Shown one piece after another: positions 9,907 through 18,546 of a stretch of 61,907 bases of DNA. A program made the position numbers and the translations under genes. The stretch is from the IMG/VR virus record IMGVR_UViG_3300023184_000128, positions 1 through 61,907 of that record. One strand, 5' to 3'. The stretch is from a virus (taxonomy: Duplodnaviria; Caudoviricetes). Each line of letters begins with the position of its first letter. Position 1 is the first letter of the stretch. Below the pieces are notes generated by a model, which was given only the letters and a program-made list of their open reading frames with translations, did no database searches and was not told the DNA's origin.

Positions 9907-10185
9907 ATGACTAATAATAAAAATGAACAATTATTAAAAAAATTAATATCAGTAGCTTTAAACTTTGATAAAACATTTGATGAGTTAATGGCTGATAATG
10001 AATTTCAAAATCATTTTGCTAATAACAAAATTTTTAAAAATGAAATTAGTGTTATGAGTAAATTTTTATGGCTAGAAATTCAAACTTTATCGGACAAAGT
10101 ACAAAAAAGTTTTATTAAAAATACATATAAAACGCCCGATAATTCAAAAATTGATATTGAAGAATTTAACAAAAAATTTAATTAA
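9907..10185 (+). CDS. Early hypothetical protein (first gene of early operon 1)
   Basis: Leader CTAACAAAGGTAA at 9888-9900. Confidence 0.75.
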   Translation: MTNNKNEQLLKKLISVALNFDKTFDELMADNEFQNHFANNKIFKNEISVMSKFLWLEIQTLSDKVQKSFIKNTYKTPDNSKIDIEEFNKKFN

Positions 10186-10235
10186 CGTATAACGCCTTTA
10201 AATAGGCGTTATACGATAGTTAAAAAACTATCATA
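10186..10235 (+). promoter_or_regulatory. Two-hairpin RNA module, copy 1
   Basis: 12-bp stem 10186-10197/10204-10215 then GATAGTT-AAAA-AACTATC. Confidence 0.6.
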
Positions 10236-10267
10236 AAAAACTAACAACTAACAAAGGTAAAAAACAA

Positions 10268-11200
10268 ATGACTAATAACTTAAACAAAGTATCGGCCAAA
10301 GACTATTTAACTACAATTAGAGATAATTTAGTTGAACAATTAGAAAAAAATTCAAATAACTGGCATAAATCTTTTATCAATAAGAATATGCCAGTCAATG
10401 CCGTGACTGGTAAACATTATAACAGCACGAATTTTTTTAATTTAAACTGGGTAGCCAATAGTAATAATTATGCTCAAAATATCTGGGCATCTTTTTTAGA
10501 CTGGAAAAAAATCGGTTGTAAAATTAAAACTGGAGAAACACACAAGGCCAAAGTTTTATATTATGGCTCATTTATTAAAGAGAATGAAAAAACAAAAAAA
10601 GATGAGACAATCGCATTTTTAAAAGCAACGCCAGTTTTTAACATTGCTCAAGTTGATTTGTCGGAATGTAAATTAAAATTTGATAATACGGACAATGTAA
10701 ACAAAGTTGTATCTATTCAAGAAATAGATAATTTTGTTAATGATACTGGGGTTGAAATTAAACACAGTAGTGACGGCCGTTGTTATTATGCAAAAACAAC
10801 TGATTATATTCATATGACAAACAAAGAGAATTTTGTTAAAACTGAATATGCCAATGAGACAAATAACTATTATTCCGTGTTATTTCACGAATTAATACAC
10901 TCAACTGGCCACGCTCAAAGGCTTGACCGCTTTAAAGATAATGACAAAAAATTTAAAGACGACGCTCAACAGTCTTATGCCTTTGAGGAATTGATTGCGG
11001 AATGTGGGTCTATAATGCTGTGTCAACAGTTTAACTTAGAAAAAACAATTAGAGTTGACCACGCTCTATATATTAAAAGTTGGATATCAGCTTTAAAAAA
11101 TGACGTAAAATTTTTAACATCGTCATTAACACGGGCATATAAAGCAACTGATTATTTACTTAAAAAAATAAAAAAAGTTGAATTAAAGGCGGTTGCTTAA
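10268..11200 (+). CDS. ardC: ArdC-like antirestriction/ssDNA-binding protein with zincin domain
   Basis: P.N..TG..Y...N, W.SF..W, VFN..Q; HELIHSTGH..RL.R; YAFEELIAE; Y..SW. Confidence 0.88.
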   Translation: MTNNLNKVSAKDYLTTIRDNLVEQLEKNSNNWHKSFINKNMPVNAVTGKHYNSTNFFNLNWVANSNNYAQNIWASFLDWKKIGCKIKTGETHKAKVLYYGSFIKENEKTKKDETIAFLKATPVFNIAQVDLSECKLKFDNTDNVNKVVSIQEIDNFVNDTGVEIKHSSDGRCYYAKTTDYIHMTNKENFVKTEYANETNNYYSVLFHELIHSTGHAQRLDRFKDNDKKFKDDAQQSYAFEELIAECGSIMLCQQFNLEKTIRVDHALYIKSWISALKNDVKFLTSSLTRAYKATDYLLKKIKKVELKAVA

Positions 11201-11909
11201 TATGGAATATAAACCGCAAAAAAGACTATTAGGCATTAATAACATTAAAATGCTTAAAAGTATAAAACTAGGTTATTTGACCGCAATTTTGCATTTAGCC
11301 CCGCACAAGTTAAGCGGGGTTAACATATGCCCTAAGGCGTCACAAGGTTGTGCTATGGCTTGTTTAAATACAAGCGGTAGAGGTCGATTTGAATTTACTC
11401 AAAAAAGCCGTTTAAATAAAACTTATTACTTTTTAAAAGACCGCCAAAAATTTTTATTACAACTTGATAATGAAATAAAAAACTTTAAAAAAAGAGCAAT
11501 TAAACAAGGTTTAAAACTTGCTATACGTTTAAATGGTACTAGTGATTTAATCTGGGAGAGATATCCAGTAAGGGACAATAAAAATATTATGGAATTAAAC
11601 CCAGATATAATATTTTATGATTATACAAAAATTAAAAATAGATTAAATGATAAGTTGCCTAAAAATTATTATTTAACATTTAGTAAGTCGGAAAGTAATG
11701 ACGACGAAATAAAAGATTTATTAACAACAGCTTTTAATATAGCGGTTGTTTTTAAAGATAAGCTACCTAAAACTTATCTAGGCCGTAAAGTAATTGACGG
11801 TGATATAAGTGACCTAAGATTTTTGGATAAAAAAGGGTCAATAGTAGGCTTAGCAACTAAGGGCAATGCAAAAACCGATAATACGGGGTTTGTAGTAAAT
11901 GTAAACTAA
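11193..11909 (+). CDS. Phage gp88-like Cys-motif protein (start likely 11202, MEYK)
   Basis: CP.AS.GC...CL..SGRG, RLNGTSD, FYDYTK, GD.SDLRFLD. Confidence 0.75.
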   Translation: MLNMEYKPQKRLLGINNIKMLKSIKLGYLTAILHLAPHKLSGVNICPKASQGCAMACLNTSGRGRFEFTQKSRLNKTYYFLKDRQKFLLQLDNEIKNFKKRAIKQGLKLAIRLNGTSDLIWERYPVRDNKNIMELNPDIIFYDYTKIKNRLNDKLPKNYYLTFSKSESNDDEIKDLLTTAFNIAVVFKDKLPKTYLGRKVIDGDISDLRFLDKKGSIVGLATKGNAKTDNTGFVVNVN

Positions 11910-11928
11910 CAATGGAGGATAAAACAAA

Positions 11929-12135
11929 ATGAGACAATTAACAAAAAAGCAAAAAAAAATATTAGATAATTATAAAAATATTTTTAGAATTGAGGAATTG
12001 CCAAACGGCGTTTTTGAGCAATTAGAAAAAATAAACGATACTGAAATTTTATGGAGTGAGACAAATCGTTATTTGTCGGATAACTACTATAAAAATTTGT
12101 ATAATAAAAATAACAATGGAGTAATTAAGTTATGA
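11929..12135 (+). CDS. Early hypothetical protein
   Basis: GGAGG RBS; ORF track. Confidence 0.7.
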   Translation: MRQLTKKQKKILDNYKNIFRIEELPNGVFEQLEKINDTEILWSETNRYLSDNYYKNLYNKNNNGVIKL

Positions 12136-12293
12136 TTTATAATATATCAATAACAACTATTTTTATAATTTTATTAATAGTTGTATTAAAGAATTTTATT
12201 GAGGTTATTTATTTTACTAAAAATAATAATTTTGATAAAAAATATAAAGCAACACGAATTAATGCTAATAAATACAGCGTTGATAAGTGGTAA
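12132..12293 (+). CDS. Small membrane protein (53 aa)
   Basis: ATGA overlap; MIYNISITTIFIILLIVVLK hydrophobic N-terminus. Confidence 0.45.
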   Translation: MIYNISITTIFIILLIVVLKNFIEVIYFTKNNNFDKKYKATRINANKYSVDKW

Positions 12294-12318
12294 ACTAAAC
12301 AATAACAAAGGAAAAAAT

Positions 12319-12507
12319 ATGACTGAAAAAAATAAAACATATAAATTAGAGACACGAACAGTTGAAATAATAACACTTAATGCTAAAAATGAAGAACAAG
12401 CAAAAGAAATGGCAATTAGTGGATATTCTGATAATGTAAGGTCTATGGAATTTTACATTGATGAGATTGAGGATATAACACCAACTGAAAAACTAACTAA
12501 CAACTAA
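12319..12507 (+). CDS. Early hypothetical protein (true start MTEKNK)
   Basis: TAACAAAGGAAAAAAT leader before ATG at 12319. Confidence 0.7.
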   Translation: MTEKNKTYKLETRTVEIITLNAKNEEQAKEMAISGYSDNVRSMEFYIDEIEDITPTEKLTNN

Positions 12508-12519
12508 AAAGGAAAAAAT

Positions 12520-12708
12520 ATGAGCAATAGACAAGTAAAAACGGCTTATGAATTTACAAATTATAAGCCCATTAGCGTACATAAAAAAGTATATGATGAG
12601 TTAACCGACTTATCCAATAATATTTATGACGTAAAATTAAGTTATGCTAAAACGATTGAGCATTTAATTAATTACTATAAAGAAAATAAAATAAAGAGGT
12701 TAAAATAA
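12520..12708 (+). CDS. Small ribbon-helix-helix-like DNA-binding protein (putative)
   Basis: YKPISVHKKVYDEL..LSYAKTIEHL beta-alpha-alpha pattern. Confidence 0.55.
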   Translation: MSNRQVKTAYEFTNYKPISVHKKVYDELTDLSNNIYDVKLSYAKTIEHLINYYKENKIKRLK

Positions 12709-12709
12709 T

Positions 12710-13045
12710 ATGGCTCAACATATATCGATTAAACACTACTTAAATGAGGAGTGGCTATTTAATTTAATAGACAAGTGTAAGACGATAGCGTGGCAATTTA
12801 GAGAAATAGAGAATAGTAAAGACTATTTTAAAGAAATAAATAAAAATCTTAAATTGCTACCTATTGAATATGCTTGTGATTATGACAAGCCAAAAATAGT
12901 TAGGAGGGTTAATAAGGTTTTTAATTATAAATGCGATATAGACAAGCCATTAACAAAAGAGGATGACAATCTTTTATTAAGTGATTGTAATATAGAAATA
13001 CATTTAGATAAAAGTAAATTGGTTGATATTTTTATAGTGGCTTAA
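12710..13045 (+). CDS. Hypothetical protein
   Basis: ORF ending early operon 1. Confidence 0.65.
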   Translation: MAQHISIKHYLNEEWLFNLIDKCKTIAWQFREIENSKDYFKEINKNLKLLPIEYACDYDKPKIVRRVNKVFNYKCDIDKPLTKEDDNLLLSDCNIEIHLDKSKLVDIFIVA

Positions 13046-13338
13046 ATCTTTTTAATATCGATTATTACTGAAGTGGGTATTAAAGTTGTATTGGCAATCT
13101 CATCAATTACGCCCGTTTTTTCGTCTTTAAGAGCGTAATCTCCAAAGACCCTAGCAACGCCTTTATTATGGCTTAATAAATGCCCCTTTGTAGTACATAT
13201 TGGCAATTTTGCTGTCATTAAATCATCTATTGATTGCCACGTGCTATCACTAGTTATGTCATACCATTTAATCTCTACTAATGGGTATTTCTCTATTTCT
13301 TTTTTTGCTTTTTTATTTATTAGTTTTCTTTTTATCAT
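13042..13338 (-). CDS. Conserved-type phage hypothetical protein
   Basis: LVEIKWYDITSDSTW..C.T.G..IP motif. Confidence 0.7.
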   Translation of the reverse strand: MIKRKLINKKAKKEIEKYPLVEIKWYDITSDSTWQSIDDLMTAKLPICTTKGHLLSHNKGVARVFGDYALKDEKTGVIDEIANTTLIPTSVIIDIKKI

Positions 13339-13424
13339 TTATATTTATATGTACGTTGCCAACGCTTGAATTTAAGTGCTTATTATGTACCTCATTAAAT
13401 TGATTAATGAAAGTTTTCCAGTCA

Positions 13425-13940
13425 CTATTTTTCAATAATCGTTTCTGCTGTGATGTCGATGATTTGTTTATTTTCATTTATATTTTTTTCTAATTCCGAC
13501 AATCTTTTTTCCAACTGCTCTCTATTCATACCCTCAAGTCCTATATGATTAATTTCTTTTTTATCTACAAAAAAACCCGCCATTTGTCCCGCTCTAAATT
13601 CTGCATTAATTGCGGAGGCAAACTGATTTTTTTCTTCTGCTTTATTTCTTAATCGCTCAAATACTTTATATGTTTTTAATTTGTCCTTTTCATATTTATT
13701 TAATTCCTGAGATAATCTTTTTTCTAAGTATCTACATATATGAGGGTTAATTTCTGGGTTTGTTAACCTTGAGGCAATTTCAAAAGGTTTTCTATTCGGG
13801 TCTTTGGTTGTATATCCCGCTTGTATACAAGCGTCTACTTTGGATATTTGTCCCCAGTTAGCAACTAATATATCTACAAAAGCCCGTTGCTTTGGAGTTA
13901 ATTCCGTGCTAAGTTTTACTTCGTTTTTTCTACGTCCCAT
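13425..13940 (-). CDS. terS: Terminase small subunit
   Basis: LTPKQRAFV..ACIQAGY..ASRL HTH pattern; AINAE..G..AG. Confidence 0.82.
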   Translation of the reverse strand: MGRRKNEVKLSTELTPKQRAFVDILVANWGQISKVDACIQAGYTTKDPNRKPFEIASRLTNPEINPHICRYLEKRLSQELNKYEKDKLKTYKVFERLRNKAEEKNQFASAINAEFRAGQMAGFFVDKKEINHIGLEGMNREQLEKRLSELEKNINENKQIIDITAETIIEK

Positions 13941-14019
13941 AAATTATTGACCTCATAATAATATAAATATGTTATTTTAGCTATACACTCAAAAAATCCT
14001 TATAAATAAAGGCTTATGC

Positions 14020-14577
14020 TAAAAAAGTATTTAAAATCAATGACTTAACAATGTACCTATCATTTTACGCCATTTTTTAAGTACAAAGTGAAATAACCCG
14101 CATAGTTCTAACCCTCATTTACACGGAATGCAAAAAAGTATTTAAAATCAATAACTTAACAAGATGACAAAAATGAACGCTGAAAAGTTAAAAAAATAAA
14201 CAAGCATTTACGCCATTTTTCCGTTTTTCAGTCCTAAACCCTTTGTATAGAAAAAAAATACTAAAAAATTTTTGCAAAAGGTAGAAATATCGCTGAAACG
14301 CTGAAAAGCTATATAGAATGAGGGTTATTCGTTCAGCGTCACGTGGGATAATCCCAACTATCGCTGAAAAACAGCCAAAATAGCCCCTCATTTTTTTTCA
14401 GCCACTGAAACACTGGGAACTATGTGGCTTATTTCATTTTAGTGAACTTTTACTGTCCTATCTACTATAAAAGGTATATAAATCAATGACTTAACTATTA
14501 AAAAATGCCTTTTTACCCTCAATTTATCCCATGTAATTTACTACCCTATCAAAAAAGCTATATAAATCAATAACTTA
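14020..14577 (+). promoter_or_regulatory. Four direct-repeat IHF-consensus sites with upstream A-tracts
   Basis: AATCAAT(G/A)ACTTA at 14035, 14146, 14481 and 14565 matches WATCAANNNNTTR. Confidence 0.7.
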
Positions 14578-14629
14578 CAAGCCCCGTGGCTCGTGGCTCG
14601 TGGTAGCTGATATATGACACACTAGCCAA

Positions 14630-14775
14630 CCAACACGGCTCACGACAACCTATGATTGCACAACTTACGATTGCACAATTTATACGAGTACAACTTACAC
14701 GAGTACAACTTACACGAGTACAACTTACGATTGCACAACTTATACGAGTACAACTAAAAGTTGCACAACTATAAA
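14630..14775. repeat. 15-bp-periodic tandem array (ACAAC core)
   Basis: Core starts at 14645, 14660, 14675, 14690, 14705, 14720, 14735, 14750 and 14765. Confidence 0.9.
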
Positions 14776-14878
14776 TTTAAAAAAATTATTTTTACATTTT
14801 TTAAAATACAACTATAAAGTGATTTACATAATATATTTTATATGAAAATGTAATATGTAAACTAACAAAGGAGAAAAT

Positions 14879-15106
14879 ATGCCTAGATATGCACTAACAG
14901 AAAGTACAAAAAACTTAAATGGAAAATTTCCATTTGAAAAAGTGCAAGTACAAAAATATAATATCTCAAAAGATAAAATTGGATATTTTATTCAAGTGCT
15001 AGAGTGGGATAAAAAAGCCGAAATTTACAAGGCTCTTTATACCATTGATAGTAAAGAGTTTAACTTTGAAGATAATTCGGACAAGGCAAGAGAAATTTCC
15101 GAATAA
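14879..15106 (+). CDS. Early hypothetical protein (first gene of early operon 2)
   Basis: Leader CTAACAAAGGAG. Confidence 0.75.
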   Translation: MPRYALTESTKNLNGKFPFEKVQVQKYNISKDKIGYFIQVLEWDKKAEIYKALYTIDSKEFNFEDNSDKAREISE

Positions 15107-15117
15107 TTTAGCTAACC

Positions 15118-15165
15118 CAATGCCCTCAACACAGGGCATTGAGATAGTTAAAAATAACTATCATA
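15118..15165 (+). promoter_or_regulatory. Two-hairpin RNA module, copy 2
   Basis: 9-bp stem 15118-15126/15133-15141 then GATAGTTA-AAAA-TAACTATC. Confidence 0.6.
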
Positions 15166-15178
15166 ACAAAGGAGAACA

Positions 15179-15310
15179 ATGAAAAAACGAGAAGAACAAA
15201 AGTTAGTTAAACTTTTAAAAAGTCTTTACGGAAAAAATTGGCTTTTTAATTGGCAAGGTCAAGACAATGGCTTTGAACTAACATTACAAGTATGGAAAGG
15301 AAAAAAATGA
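15179..15310 (+). CDS. Small early protein (43 aa)
   Basis: TAACAAAGGAG RBS; MKKREEQKLVKLLKSLYGKNWLFNWQGQ..; ATGA coupling to next gene. Confidence 0.65.
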   Translation: MKKREEQKLVKLLKSLYGKNWLFNWQGQDNGFELTLQVWKGKK

Positions 15311-15558
15311 AAAGTCCATTTCATATTTTAGATAGTGCAAAAAACTTTGGCGATGCAGTTAAAGAAAAAGCAAAGCCGATTGAATATCATTTCAAAGCAA
15401 TAGACAAAGACGGCATACCAAGAGTTTTTGGATATGGCAGAAATAGACTTGAGGCTAGATTACAATGTGAAATAGCCTTGAGAGAATATCTTCTGAGAAA
15501 ATTAGAAAACAATGTAATAATGTGCCCAGAAGATTATATGATTAAAGAAGATAATTAA
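15307..15558 (+). CDS. Early hypothetical protein (start MKSPF)
   Basis: GAAAGG RBS; D.DGIPRVFG motif. Confidence 0.7.
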   Translation: MKSPFHILDSAKNFGDAVKEKAKPIEYHFKAIDKDGIPRVFGYGRNRLEARLQCEIALREYLLRKLENNVIMCPEDYMIKEDN

Positions 15559-15563
15559 AACTT

Positions 15564-15591
15564 TAGTACCCCCTAATTTTAGGGGGTACTA
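15564..15591. terminator. Perfect inverted repeat, putative terminator or processing stem
   Basis: TAGTACCCCCTAA..TTAGGGGGTACTA; no clear U tract. Confidence 0.55.
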
Positions 15592-15681
15592 CACCTCATC
15601 AAACCCCAAAATCGTGCGTCTACGGGCTTTTAAATAAGACTTTTATACAACTAAATAGTGAAAAATAAGGCTTTTTATCGT

Positions 15682-15720
15682 TTGACAATAAAAACGAATA
15701 ATGGGAGATTGTGGGATAAT
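15682..15720 (+). promoter_or_regulatory. Putative sigma70 promoter overlapped by TGGGA repeats
   Basis: TTGACA at 15682; ATGGGAGATTGTGGGATAAT downstream. Confidence 0.5.
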
Positions 15721-15742
15721 AACAAACTAACAAAGGAAAAAA

Positions 15743-16294
15743 ATGAGAAACTTACAGTTAATAAAAGAAATAAAAGTTAAGGATAATACTTTTATTTTAA
15801 ATTCTAATGAAATAGATAAATTAGAATTAAATGAAAATAAAAATTATGTAAAAACTGTTTTAACTAAATTAAAAAATAGTTTTACAAAATTAAATATTAA
15901 ATACATCGTTGGAGAATTTTCTGGTGGCAACGATGATGGTGGTTTTGATAGTGTATATTTAGCAAACGCTGAATTAGACAAAGTAGAAATACCCGAAGAA
16001 GATAAAAATCTTTTTAGACAATGGATAGATTATAAAAAAATCTATACCTATGAAAATGAGAAAGATAAAAAGATTTCTGTTTATTCAACTAACACAGATA
16101 GAATGGTAAATGTTTTAGATGACCTTGAGGACTTACTTTATAAAGCGGGTTGCCTTGAAGAATATGGCAGTTTTGCGGGAGAGTTTAGTGTAAGAGGAAC
16201 TGTGAAACTAAATGTACTTACTCATAAATGGGAATTAACTGGAGAACAATCAGTTGAACATTATGAAGATGTGACAGAAAGTGGGGAACTATAA
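15743..16294 (+). CDS. DUF6878-like protein
   Basis: EFSGGNDDGG motif; paired with a DUF6915-like gene. Confidence 0.55.
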   Translation: MRNLQLIKEIKVKDNTFILNSNEIDKLELNENKNYVKTVLTKLKNSFTKLNIKYIVGEFSGGNDDGGFDSVYLANAELDKVEIPEEDKNLFRQWIDYKKIYTYENEKDKKISVYSTNTDRMVNVLDDLEDLLYKAGCLEEYGSFAGEFSVRGTVKLNVLTHKWELTGEQSVEHYEDVTESGEL

Positions 16295-16638
16295 TGGCTA
16301 CACCCGTAATACACGCACAAGCAACAGTAAATCGTTATGGTGGACGCATTGAAGATTATATTGCTATCCATAAGTGGTTTGACTTTACAAAGTCTTACCA
16401 CCCAGATTTTAGACACAGAGCATTAAGACATCATTCACTTGGTGTTGAAGAATGTGTTGAAAAGTTTGGCGATTATATTATCAACTCAGATAATAAAAAA
16501 GTACCCGTTAAAACAATCGGCGAACAACATATTATGGAAGACTGTGGTTTTATTCCATCCGTTAGTGATTGGTTAGTAAATTTACAGCCTAAAAGATTTA
16601 TGATGGACGCTAAAAAACTAGAAAGGAAAGTAGCATAA
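16294..16638 (+). CDS. DUF6915-like His-rich protein
   Basis: H..A...GG..EDY..IH.WFD.K..DFRHRALRHH..G..EQH..ED.G.IP. Confidence 0.7.
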   Translation: MATPVIHAQATVNRYGGRIEDYIAIHKWFDFTKSYHPDFRHRALRHHSLGVEECVEKFGDYIINSDNKKVPVKTIGEQHIMEDCGFIPSVSDWLVNLQPKRFMMDAKKLERKVA

Positions 16639-16796
16639 TGAAACCAAACAAAGACTGTATAAACTGTGATGTTTCAAGCAATTACGTTTGTTTTGAAACC
16701 GAAGATATGTTTATGAAAGAAAACTATCCCAATTATTTTTACAATGATGATTGTGAATGGGAGTTAAAACCAACAACTAAGAAAGGAAAACTATGA
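16638..16796 (+). CDS. Small Cys-containing early protein (52 aa)
   Basis: TAATG coupling; MKPNKDCINCD..VCFE. Confidence 0.55.
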   Translation: MKPNKDCINCDVSSNYVCFETEDMFMKENYPNYFYNDDCEWELKPTTKKGKL

Positions 16797-16960
16797 AAGA
16801 AGATATAAAAGTTATTAAACAATATATCAAAACTTTTAATGACAGAAAGTTAAGAGAGGAATATAGATTATATACCTCACTTGAAAGACCAACGATACTT
16901 GAAAACTATTTCAAGGACTTTATTAAACAAGAAATAAACCAAAGGGGGATAGGAGTATGA
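16793..16960 (+). CDS. Small early protein (55 aa)
   Basis: GAAAGG RBS; ATGA overlaps at both ends. Confidence 0.6.
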   Translation: MKEDIKVIKQYIKTFNDRKLREEYRLYTSLERPTILENYFKDFIKQEINQRGIGV

Positions 16961-17181
16961 GAATAGCCATAGGTAATTCTTTTGATTTAAAAAGTGTATC
17001 AGATGTAAAGAACTATCTAAAGATATGTACCGACAGCAGATTAGAAAATGAATTTTATTCTATTTCTAATCAAAATTGGACAGATAGTATAAGTGATACT
17101 TTTAAAACGCTTATTGAGAATGAACTTTTATCACGTGGATATGAGTTTGGTTCACAATTAATTAAACCATACGAGGAATAA
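16957..17181 (+). CDS. Early hypothetical protein
   Basis: AGGAG RBS; ORF track. Confidence 0.7.
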   Translation: MRIAIGNSFDLKSVSDVKNYLKICTDSRLENEFYSISNQNWTDSISDTFKTLIENELLSRGYEFGSQLIKPYEE

Positions 17182-17183
17182 GT

Positions 17184-17393
17184 ATGAGCCATAAAAATAG
17201 AATGTTTTATAACTATATGACTGAACAAGACGCTTGGGACGAGTACCTTGAACTCATAAAAGAGGACGAGCATTTTGCAGAACAATGGACAAATACCAAA
17301 GACGATTTTTTAGATTGGTGTGAGGCAGATGATATTGTTCTGGTGGACAATAAACAATTAGCAAACGAACTAGAGGAGGCACAATTACAATGA
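17184..17393 (+). CDS. Small acidic early protein
   Basis: Strongly D/E-rich 69 aa; GAGG RBS. Confidence 0.7.
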   Translation: MSHKNRMFYNYMTEQDAWDEYLELIKEDEHFAEQWTNTKDDFLDWCEADDIVLVDNKQLANELEEAQLQ

Positions 17394-17674
17394 GCGATAA
17401 GTTAGAGGGCTATACTAAATTTAGCGAAATAGAAGAAAATAATTTAGAACTACGATGGCTAGAAAGAATAAATAAATTGTTAATTGGTAAAAAAATAGTT
17501 AGAGTAGTATATATGTCTAAAAAACTAGCAGAAGAACAAGGTTGGTATAAAAGACCTATCCAAATAAGATTAAATGATGGCACGTGGTTAACGCCGTCAA
17601 TGGATGATGAGGGTAATGATGGAGGTGCATTATTCACAAATGATGAAAAATTACCAACTATACCCGTAATATAA
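17390..17674 (+). CDS. Early hypothetical protein
   Basis: L.GKKI..V.Y..W..PSMDDEGNDGGALFT. Confidence 0.75.
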   Translation: MSDKLEGYTKFSEIEENNLELRWLERINKLLIGKKIVRVVYMSKKLAEEQGWYKRPIQIRLNDGTWLTPSMDDEGNDGGALFTNDEKLPTIPVI

Positions 17675-17688
17675 ACAAGGAGGAAAAA

Positions 17689-17955
17689 ATGGACAATGAA
17701 ACAATACAATATAAAGGCAAAACTATTTGTCAAAAACATATAGTGCATTTTTGTTTAGAATGTTTAGGAGAAGATAGCAGATGTGATACGTGTAATGGCA
17801 TAGGAGAATGGGAAAGTACAGTAGATTTAGATTTTGGATATGACCCACGATCTTTAAATGAATTGTATTTAGTGGACACAGACGATAATTATTATGAAAT
17901 TAAAGAAAAAGATTTTCATAAATATATAGACCCAATAAACAAGGAGGAAAAATGA
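17689..17955 (+). CDS. Early protein with CxxC..CxxCxGxG zinc-finger
   Basis: CLECLG..CDTCNGIG; AGGAGG RBS. Confidence 0.7.
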   Translation: MDNETIQYKGKTICQKHIVHFCLECLGEDSRCDTCNGIGEWESTVDLDFGYDPRSLNELYLVDTDDNYYEIKEKDFHKYIDPINKEEK

Positions 17956-18179
17956 AAGACGTAAGATACGTAATAGACTGGCTAGAAGAAGAACTAGCAC
18001 ACTTTGAAATGGCAGTAGAACAACATAACTATGTATCTAAAGCAGATGAGATTAGATACAGAATGGCACAAGAACTATTGGCTTGGATATTGGAATACAA
18101 GTTTGATCCTAAGTATTCCGTGAGCCGTGTTCCTTGCGATACGGGACACGATACAAAGGCCTTTGGGGGTAGAACATGA
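17952..18179 (+). CDS. Early hypothetical protein
   Basis: AGGAGG RBS. Confidence 0.7.
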   Translation: MKDVRYVIDWLEEELAHFEMAVEQHNYVSKADEIRYRMAQELLAWILEYKFDPKYSVSRVPCDTGHDTKAFGGRT

Positions 18180-18268
18180 ATATAAAAAAATATGAACGCA
18201 ATATTTGGTTATTGGTAATTATTGTTGCTTGGCTATTATTAATTGTTAGCATTATTGTATGGAAGTAA
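18176..18268 (+). CDS. Membrane micropeptide (30 aa)
   Basis: MNIKKYERNIWLLVIIVAWLLLIVSIIVWK; ATGA overlap. Confidence 0.55.
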   Translation: MNIKKYERNIWLLVIIVAWLLLIVSIIVWK

Positions 18269-18447
18269 GAGATTTTAGAATTACTTTTGAAAGCAGAAGT
18301 GCTATAACTGATAATGCAATAACTGAATTTACAGTTAGGGCTAAAAATTATTGTGATGCTGAAAAGAAAGCATTAGCAAGATTTGATAAAAGAGAAAAGC
18401 ATAGCTGTATAATTATTATTGAAAAAATGAAAAAGGAAAAAAGATGA
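18259..18447 (+). CDS. Early hypothetical protein
   Basis: ORF track. Confidence 0.65.
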   Translation: MEVRDFRITFESRSAITDNAITEFTVRAKNYCDAEKKALARFDKREKHSCIIIIEKMKKEKR

Positions 18448-18546
18448 TAAGCAAATACGTTAAAGATATAAAAAAATTACTTAAAAACTATCATAAAAAA
18501 TATGATTGCTTTGGTAATAAACTAAAACAAACAAAGAGGAAAACTA

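Noticed and set aside
14188-14391. 67-aa ORF in the regulatory hub
   Set aside because: No RBS; translation is dictated by the DNA repeats; likely spurious
14630-14775. CRISPR or mini-array interpretation of the tandem repeats
   Set aside because: Period is only 15 bp with no unique spacers and no cas genes
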